Assembly: GCA_046757165.1 (NCBI GenBank)
Contig: JBHHXT010000170.1
Location: forward strand, 1 to 10,796
DNA: 10,796 nt
Source: a bacterium
GTDB taxonomy: Bacteria > Zhuqueibacterota > Zhuqueibacteria > Oceanimicrobiales > Oceanimicrobiaceae
Direction of reading: 5' to 3'
Numbering within the stretch: position 1 is the stretch's first letter; each line of letters starts with the position of its first letter. The notes under the pieces were generated by a model, which saw only the letters and a program-made list of their open reading frames with translations, searched no databases and had not been told where the DNA came from. This document shows positions 5,558 to 10,796 of this stretch, one piece after another. The position numbers and the translations under genes were made by a program.

Positions 5558-7201
5558 ATGAACAGCTTGATCTTACACCGTCTCACGGGTGAAAAATCCG
5601 GTCTTTATTTGTTGCTGTTTTTGTCGTTGCTGCTGGTGAGCAGTGGCAGCGGATGCAGCGGCGATTCCGGCGCGAGAGAAATCTCGGTCGGCATTTCCCT
5701 GGAACCCAAGACCCTGAATCCCATCCTCGATTTGAACAACGAAGCCAGGCAGATCACCAGTTTGGTCTTCGACGGCTTGACAAATCCCATCGGATTGTCC
5801 GGCAATCTGCGCCAGGAGTACGAATACGCTCTGGCGCAAAAGATCGCGGAAACCGATCCACGCGACCGGCGGTTTCTGCGCGTCGAGCTGCGGCCGGGGA
5901 TCAAGTGGCACAACAACGTCGATTTTACCGCCGGCGACGTCCTGTTTACCTGGGAGGCCATTCACCAGAGCAACTCCCCGCTCAGGGTCCGGCTCGACCG
6001 CTTCGTCGACGACATCCGGGTGGTCGATGATCTGACCCTGACCATTCGGTTGCGGGAAGAACGCATCGCCGAGCGCGTGAAGGACATCCTGTCATTCAAA
6101 ATCCTGCCGCAGGTTTATGACCCGTCTGCCGGCGCAAGCGGGCACCTGCCCCGGAATCTCAACACGCAGTCCCCGATCGTGAGTCGGTTCAACTGGAAGC
6201 CGGTGGGCACCGGTCCCTACCAGGTCTCCGAACGCCCGGCCTCTTCTGAGATTTTTCTTTCCGCCAACCCGCTCCCGGTCCTGGGCGCGCCAAAGGTTCA
6301 AAAGGTGCAGCTCAAACGGTTTCCGGGATGGGACGTGATCACCAAAGCGCTGGCAGAAAAGAACATCAACCTGGCCGTCGATGTGCCGCCGGATTATTTT
6401 GCCCAGCTCGATAGGGAGAACCTGGCCAACCAGGTTTACTCGCCCTATAATTTCTATGTACTGGTCTACAATGTCTCCAGTCCGCCGCTGAACAGCCGGC
6501 GATTCCGGCGGGCGCTCACCCAGACGGTGAATCGCGAGCAGTTGGCCGCGACTTTTTTGCCCGACGAGCCCAATGTGGCGCAATTCATCAATGAAAGTAT
6601 CTACCCGTACAACTACGAGCACGTGCAGGACAACCCTGAGGCATTTCGCACCCGGCTCACCACCAACCCGGCTGCTGCAAAGCGGGCCTTGAGAGATTTC
6701 AGCGCCAGCAGCAAGAAGATTCGCTTGCTCTATTGCTCGCTCATCAACGGCGAAAACGCCAATCTGCTGGCCCAATCCTACAAACAAATGCTGTCAGCCG
6801 TCGGCGTGGAGGTCATCCTGGAAAACGCGCCCAACATCGCTATCTACCATTCGCGCCTGCGCAGTCGGGAGTTTCAGGTGGCCTTCGTTCTCTACGATGG
6901 ATTGGACCACTTTTATGAGCTGTACGACTTTTTCGAGCCTGATGGCAAAAAGAAACACTCCGGTTTTGTGCACCCGCGGCTGACCAATCTTTTGGCTGAG
7001 CTCAAACTGACGCTCGCCTTTGACGACGTCGGCCGATTGTCCGCGGAGATCCATCGCATCATCGACCGCCACGCGCCTGTCTGTCCGCTCTTTACGCTGC
7101 CGAAGCGGGCGTATTATTCACCCAATTTGCAGGATTTGATGATCAACCCGGAGTACTATTTTAATCAGTTGTATCTTGCAGACTTCTATCAGGGAGATTG
7201 A
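5558..7201 (+). CDS. ABC transporter substrate-binding protein, family 5 (OppA/DppA-like), probable lipoprotein (547 aa)
   Basis: EPKTLNP, LVFDGL, LRPGIKWHNNVDFTAGDVLFTW, VVDDLTLTIRL, PVGTGPY and RFRRAL...VNRE are all SBP_bac_5 patterns. Hydrophobic signal ends in SGSG-C. SD AGGAG at 5547-5551. Confidence 0.92.
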   Translation: MNSLILHRLTGEKSGLYLLLFLSLLLVSSGSGCSGDSGAREISVGISLEPKTLNPILDLNNEARQITSLVFDGLTNPIGLSGNLRQEYEYALAQKIAETDPRDRRFLRVELRPGIKWHNNVDFTAGDVLFTWEAIHQSNSPLRVRLDRFVDDIRVVDDLTLTIRLREERIAERVKDILSFKILPQVYDPSAGASGHLPRNLNTQSPIVSRFNWKPVGTGPYQVSERPASSEIFLSANPLPVLGAPKVQKVQLKRFPGWDVITKALAEKNINLAVDVPPDYFAQLDRENLANQVYSPYNFYVLVYNVSSPPLNSRRFRRALTQTVNREQLAATFLPDEPNVAQFINESIYPYNYEHVQDNPEAFRTRLTTNPAAAKRALRDFSASSKKIRLLYCSLINGENANLLAQSYKQMLSAVGVEVILENAPNIAIYHSRLRSREFQVAFVLYDGLDHFYELYDFFEPDGKKKHSGFVHPRLTNLLAELKLTLAFDDVGRLSAEIHRIIDRHAPVCPLFTLPKRAYYSPNLQDLMINPEYYFNQLYLADFYQGD

Positions 7202-7206
7202 ATAAC

Positions 7207-8004
7207 ATGGGTGCTTCTTTGTCTCGCATTTGTGGCCCTTCCTCGAAAGGGGTAAGCCTGGCGCTCTTCTGGCTCCTCCTGACCCTGCCTGCCGTGGCCG
7301 GCGCGCAGGGCTCGCCCACCGGTCTGACGGTCGAGATCACCAAAAACAACTGCCCGGTCTATGACCGGCCCGACCGGATGCGAAGCACCACCATCTTCAC
7401 GGTGCAGCCCGGAGACCGCTATCCGGTTCTGGATCTGCGGCACGTCGCCAACTGGCCCGCGCCATTCTACCAGATTCAATACGGCAACCCGGGAGAAGTC
7501 GGCTGGGTGTACGGCGGGTTCGTCAATGCCATCAAGCCCATACTGACCGGCGACACCGCCACCGACTCAGGCAGGAATGTCGCTCCACTTCATAAACGAA
7601 TCACTTCTTTGCTCGAAATGTACAACGATGAAAAGTCACAGCTCACCTCCGCCTACAATATCCGGCCGTTTCCGTCGCTCCACTTCGGGGCGACAGCCGC
7701 AGACAGCTCCGGCCTGTCCGTGGTCGATGGCAAGCTGACCCTGCCCCTGTTTTACGAAAGCGATGCCAGACGCCTGTACTTGCCCCGAGCGGACAAATTC
7801 CTGCTGCAGCTCATCATGCTCGAAAGTTTTAAAGAAGCGGCAGCGGGGGTAGAGCAGGTGGAACTCGCCCTCCACTTTCAAGATGGCAAGCCACCGGTTC
7901 GTTTGCTGTGTCGCTACCAGGACTGGCAGAGAGTCGGCCGCGCCAGCCTGGACCAGTTCTGGCGCATCCTCGAAGGAGAGGACAAAAACAGATTATGGCA
8001 ATGA
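7207..8004 (+). CDS. Secreted SH3b-domain protein
   Basis: ATG at 7207 preferred over TTG at 7198 because SD AGGGAG lies at 7191-7196. Signal peptide LALFWLLLTLPAVAGA/Q. SH3b pattern: VEITKNNCPVYDRP...TIFTVQPGDRYPVL...FYQIQY...GWVYGGFV. C-terminal alpha/beta domain unassigned. Confidence 0.8.
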   Translation: MGASLSRICGPSSKGVSLALFWLLLTLPAVAGAQGSPTGLTVEITKNNCPVYDRPDRMRSTTIFTVQPGDRYPVLDLRHVANWPAPFYQIQYGNPGEVGWVYGGFVNAIKPILTGDTATDSGRNVAPLHKRITSLLEMYNDEKSQLTSAYNIRPFPSLHFGATAADSSGLSVVDGKLTLPLFYESDARRLYLPRADKFLLQLIMLESFKEAAAGVEQVELALHFQDGKPPVRLLCRYQDWQRVGRASLDQFWRILEGEDKNRLWQ

Positions 8005-9242
8005 ACCACCAAGACAACAAAAGCGAAAAGGCGCAACAAACGCCGGTCGGGACAGGTGCCGCGCCATCGCGTGCCCCGGTGCCCGAAGTGCCAGCCCCGG
8101 CAAGTGCTCGGGAGGATCTCAGCGCGCTTGAACCGGGCGACACGCCCACCTCACAGAAGAACATCAAAACGTTCGTCTGGTTTCTGGCCAAGGAGGTGCT
8201 CGGCAAGACCGTGTTGTTGTGTTTGCTGGCAACGTTCGCGACCCACCTGCTCTTGATGCTCAACCCTAAGGCGAGCGCGGAAGAACGAATGACCCGCCTC
8301 ACCAGAATCGCAGACGCCAGCTCGGCCCGGAATGCTGGCGAAAAGCTGTTGCGGAGATACCTGGCAGGCGATGTTCATGCCAGGTGGATGAACTCCGATG
8401 GCGCGGAAATCGACCACCGCCGGCGCACGGTCATGAGCACCCTGATGACGCAAGACATGGCGGCCGCGCTGCAACGGGACCCCTCCATTGCGCGCAAAGA
8501 AAGCCGGATTGGACAACAAGAGTTTTTGTTTTATTTCGCCTGGCTGCGCGACCTGGTGACGGGCAATTTCGGCTACATCGAACAGGGGCTGGCGCTGAAG
8601 AGCGAATTGCTGGCACGCCTGCCCGTCACATTCGGTCTGGCCATCGTTTCCCTCCTTCTGACCGTGGCGCTCGCCCTTTACGGCGCCTTCTTTTACTATT
8701 TAAAAGAACGGCTGGCATTTGCCAAAGCCCAGGATTTGTCGTTCTACGCCATCTCATCGCTGCCCGCGTTCATCATCGGCTATCTCTTCCTGCGACTCTT
8801 CGGCGTGGGGGGCATCGGATCGCAGAATTTGTTGTTCCCGATCGTGACCCTGACCATCAGCAATGGCATTCTGGCCGAAATTCTGGTGGCGATGAAATCG
8901 AGCCTGCACAACGTCGCAGAGCACAACTACGTCGCTTTTGCCAGGTCCAAGGGTCTGAGCAACTGGCAAGTCCTGACGCGTCACATTTTCCGCAATGCGC
9001 TCATCGAGATTCTGCCGAAGGTGAGCCAGAAAATGGCCTTCATCGTCAGCGGTACCATCGTGGTCGAGAAGGTTTTCAGTATCAATGGCCTGGCGGACAT
9101 GCTGATCGATGGCCTGGGAAATCATGACCATGCGCGCGTGTTGATCGTCATTCTGGTGGCGACCATCCTGGTGCGCATCGGCACGGTGCTGGCCGATACG
9201 ATGCTCTATTTGTTGAATCCAAAGTACGGGGCAGGTAGATAG
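8001..9242 (+). CDS. Peptide/nickel-type ABC transporter permease (DppB/OppB-like)
   Basis: YFAWLRDLVTGNFG, RLPVTFGLA, SSLPAF, EAA-loop region YVAFARSKGLS...RHIFRNAL and GTIVVEKVFSINGL. Start placed at ATG 8001 (ATGA overlap with the upstream stop); ATG 7995 is an alternative. Confidence 0.92.
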   Translation: MNHQDNKSEKAQQTPVGTGAAPSRAPVPEVPAPASAREDLSALEPGDTPTSQKNIKTFVWFLAKEVLGKTVLLCLLATFATHLLLMLNPKASAEERMTRLTRIADASSARNAGEKLLRRYLAGDVHARWMNSDGAEIDHRRRTVMSTLMTQDMAAALQRDPSIARKESRIGQQEFLFYFAWLRDLVTGNFGYIEQGLALKSELLARLPVTFGLAIVSLLLTVALALYGAFFYYLKERLAFAKAQDLSFYAISSLPAFIIGYLFLRLFGVGGIGSQNLLFPIVTLTISNGILAEILVAMKSSLHNVAEHNYVAFARSKGLSNWQVLTRHIFRNALIEILPKVSQKMAFIVSGTIVVEKVFSINGLADMLIDGLGNHDHARVLIVILVATILVRIGTVLADTMLYLLNPKYGAGR

Positions 9243-9274
9243 GCTGTAGGACACCTGAATAGTGACGAAAAAAC

Positions 9275-10657
9275 ATGTTTAAAAGAAAGAAAAACAAGAC
9301 TGCGACTGGCAACGAGCCGAAAGAGGGCGGCGTCGACGCTACCCCCTCCATTGAGGAGGGTCATTCGGAGCTGACTGAAAAACCACAGCTAGATTATTTT
9401 ACGCCGGAGATGTTGCAGCCGCCGTCTGAACCGGACCAGGGGCCGGCGCTCGGGGATGGCGCGCACGACACCCTGCCCGGGCTTCTCAACAGAGAGCGGA
9501 GCCGCTTCTGGATGGTTTTTTCGTTCATTCTGTGGCCCGTCAGTCCGCTGTTGATCGTGGCTTACGGTTTGTTCACGAGGCTGCGTTCCAGGGGGACTGC
9601 CGCGCCGCGCAAGGTCTCGGTGTGGCAACTGCTGGGATTCTGGCTCTACCAACCCGTGTACTTGCTCAGCCTGGCCCGCCGGCGCCGGAACCTGCGCCTT
9701 GTGCTGGCCATTTGCCTGTTGTTGCCGCTCTTTCTGGCCACGTTGTGGGGGAGCTATGTTCTGATCTTTTCCAATTGGGATGATTTCGCCCGCGTGGGCC
9801 CCTCGCTTCAGTCACCGTTGCACCACCTCCCCATGGGCACGGACGGCCAGGGGCGCGGGCTGTTTACGCAGATCGCCGCTGGCGGTCGGCATTCGTATTT
9901 CACCAGCCTGCTGGCCGTGCTGTTTGCCGTCACCATCGGGGTCTTCACCGGCCGGGCCAGCGACAACCAGCGGCTGGACAGCGCGCTCGCCTTTGGCGCC
10001 CAGTTGATCGAGACCATCCCGCTGCTCTTTCTGTTCATGGTCCTGTTTGCGCTTTTCTCGGACTGGTCCAGCGGCCTGCCCGGCACCAACGCCAGAGACA
10101 GCTTGCGCATTTTGATCCTGGGGCTGGGTCTCGGCGTGAGCTTCTCCCCTCCTATTTTTCGCCTGATCCGCGATCGCATTCGACGATTCAAGAGCGAGGA
10201 TTTCGTCAACGCCACCAAGGCCCACGGCATCAGTCAATCAACGATCATCTGGCGCCATATCATCGGCAAGAACTCGACCTCGGACATCATGATCCTGGCG
10301 GCGCAGATCTGGGGGTTTGCCATGCTCATGGAGATCAGCCTGAGCTACGTCTTCAGCATTGGCTCGGCAAAACTCGGCGGTGAACCCTATGATAGCTGGG
10401 CGTGGATGCTGCTGACACCGGAGAGCAAGAATGCCTTGATCGGCAATGTCGACAGCATCGCGGTCAACTGGTGGGTCTGGTTTTTCCCGGCATTTTTCAT
10501 TGCTGTCACCATTGTCGGATTCTACCTGTTCGGCGAAGCGCTGAAACAGTGGCGCTCGCGGCATGAGCAATTCCGGTTGATGGAAAGGCCGCACAAAGCG
10601 GAGGAACTCTGGATGAACAACTTTCCTGTAAATGGGGGAAAGAAAACAACTTTTTGA
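9275..10657 (+). CDS. Peptide/nickel-type ABC transporter permease (DppC/OppC-like) with long N-terminal extension (460 aa)
   Basis: HLPMGTDGQGRGLF (HxLGTDxxGRD-like), IETIPLLFL, EAA-loop region FVNATKAHGIS...IIWRHI, EISLSY and WWVWFFP...FYLFGEAL. Confidence 0.92.
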   Translation: MFKRKKNKTATGNEPKEGGVDATPSIEEGHSELTEKPQLDYFTPEMLQPPSEPDQGPALGDGAHDTLPGLLNRERSRFWMVFSFILWPVSPLLIVAYGLFTRLRSRGTAAPRKVSVWQLLGFWLYQPVYLLSLARRRRNLRLVLAICLLLPLFLATLWGSYVLIFSNWDDFARVGPSLQSPLHHLPMGTDGQGRGLFTQIAAGGRHSYFTSLLAVLFAVTIGVFTGRASDNQRLDSALAFGAQLIETIPLLFLFMVLFALFSDWSSGLPGTNARDSLRILILGLGLGVSFSPPIFRLIRDRIRRFKSEDFVNATKAHGISQSTIIWRHIIGKNSTSDIMILAAQIWGFAMLMEISLSYVFSIGSAKLGGEPYDSWAWMLLTPESKNALIGNVDSIAVNWWVWFFPAFFIAVTIVGFYLFGEALKQWRSRHEQFRLMERPHKAEELWMNNFPVNGGKKTTF

Positions 10658-10660
10658 GCC

Positions 10661-10796
10661 ATGAAAGACAAGCCAGAAAAACAAGCGAGCCCGCCGAACG
10701 CTGAAGCCGCATCGGCCGGGGCAACCGACACACAACCTGAACGCACAGCCCCCGAGGGCCAGCCGGCACCCCCGCGGAGCCCGCGCGAAAGCGAGA
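10661..10796 (+). CDS. 5' end of next gene (partial; MKDKPEKQASPPNAEAASAGATDTQPERTAPEGQPAPPRSPRESE...), possibly the ABC ATPase by position only
   Basis: ATG follows a 3-nt gap after the permease stop and the frame stays open to the window end. Only a low-complexity N-terminus is visible, so the product is inferred solely from the usual dppABCD gene order. Confidence 0.6.
   Translation, partial: MKDKPEKQASPPNAEAASAGATDTQPERTAPEGQPAPPRSPRESE

Noticed and set aside
4576..5586. 336-aa minus-strand ORF and the other minus-strand or alternate-frame ORFs in the track
   Set aside because: They overlap well-supported + strand genes, show no recognisable motifs, and are expected shadows of GC-rich codon usage.
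7908..8000. Longer start for the DppB-like permease at 7908
   Set aside because: It would overlap the SH3b gene by about 97 nt. ATG 8001 gives an ATGA coupling like others in the window.

Overview
GC-rich bacterial window with every credible gene on the + strand, arranged as two modules. Module 1 (<1-3993) is a tightly coupled operon encoding what looks like a self-contained, divergent Hsp70 machine. It comprises the tail of an upstream ORF, a J-domain-like protein lacking HPD, a GrpE-like protein, an 850-aa non-canonical Hsp70 and a zinc-ribbon/TPR protein with a very basic tail. The Hsp70 has intact ATPase motifs, but its allosteric and J-docking residues are altered, a ~115-aa beta-rich insert replaces the interdomain linker, and its helical C-terminus is expanded. 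The 264-bp spacer holds a REP-like element of three hairpins, all with TTC loops. Module 2 (4258->10796) is a Dpp/Opp-type ABC transporter locus: binding protein, two permeases and the start of a further gene. It also carries two envelope accessory genes, a lipoprotein with an internally duplicated beta-domain and a secreted SH3b protein. The strongest candidate for an undescribed system is the rewired Hsp70/J-like/GrpE/ZnR-TPR module. All alignments were done by eye; no database searches were run.
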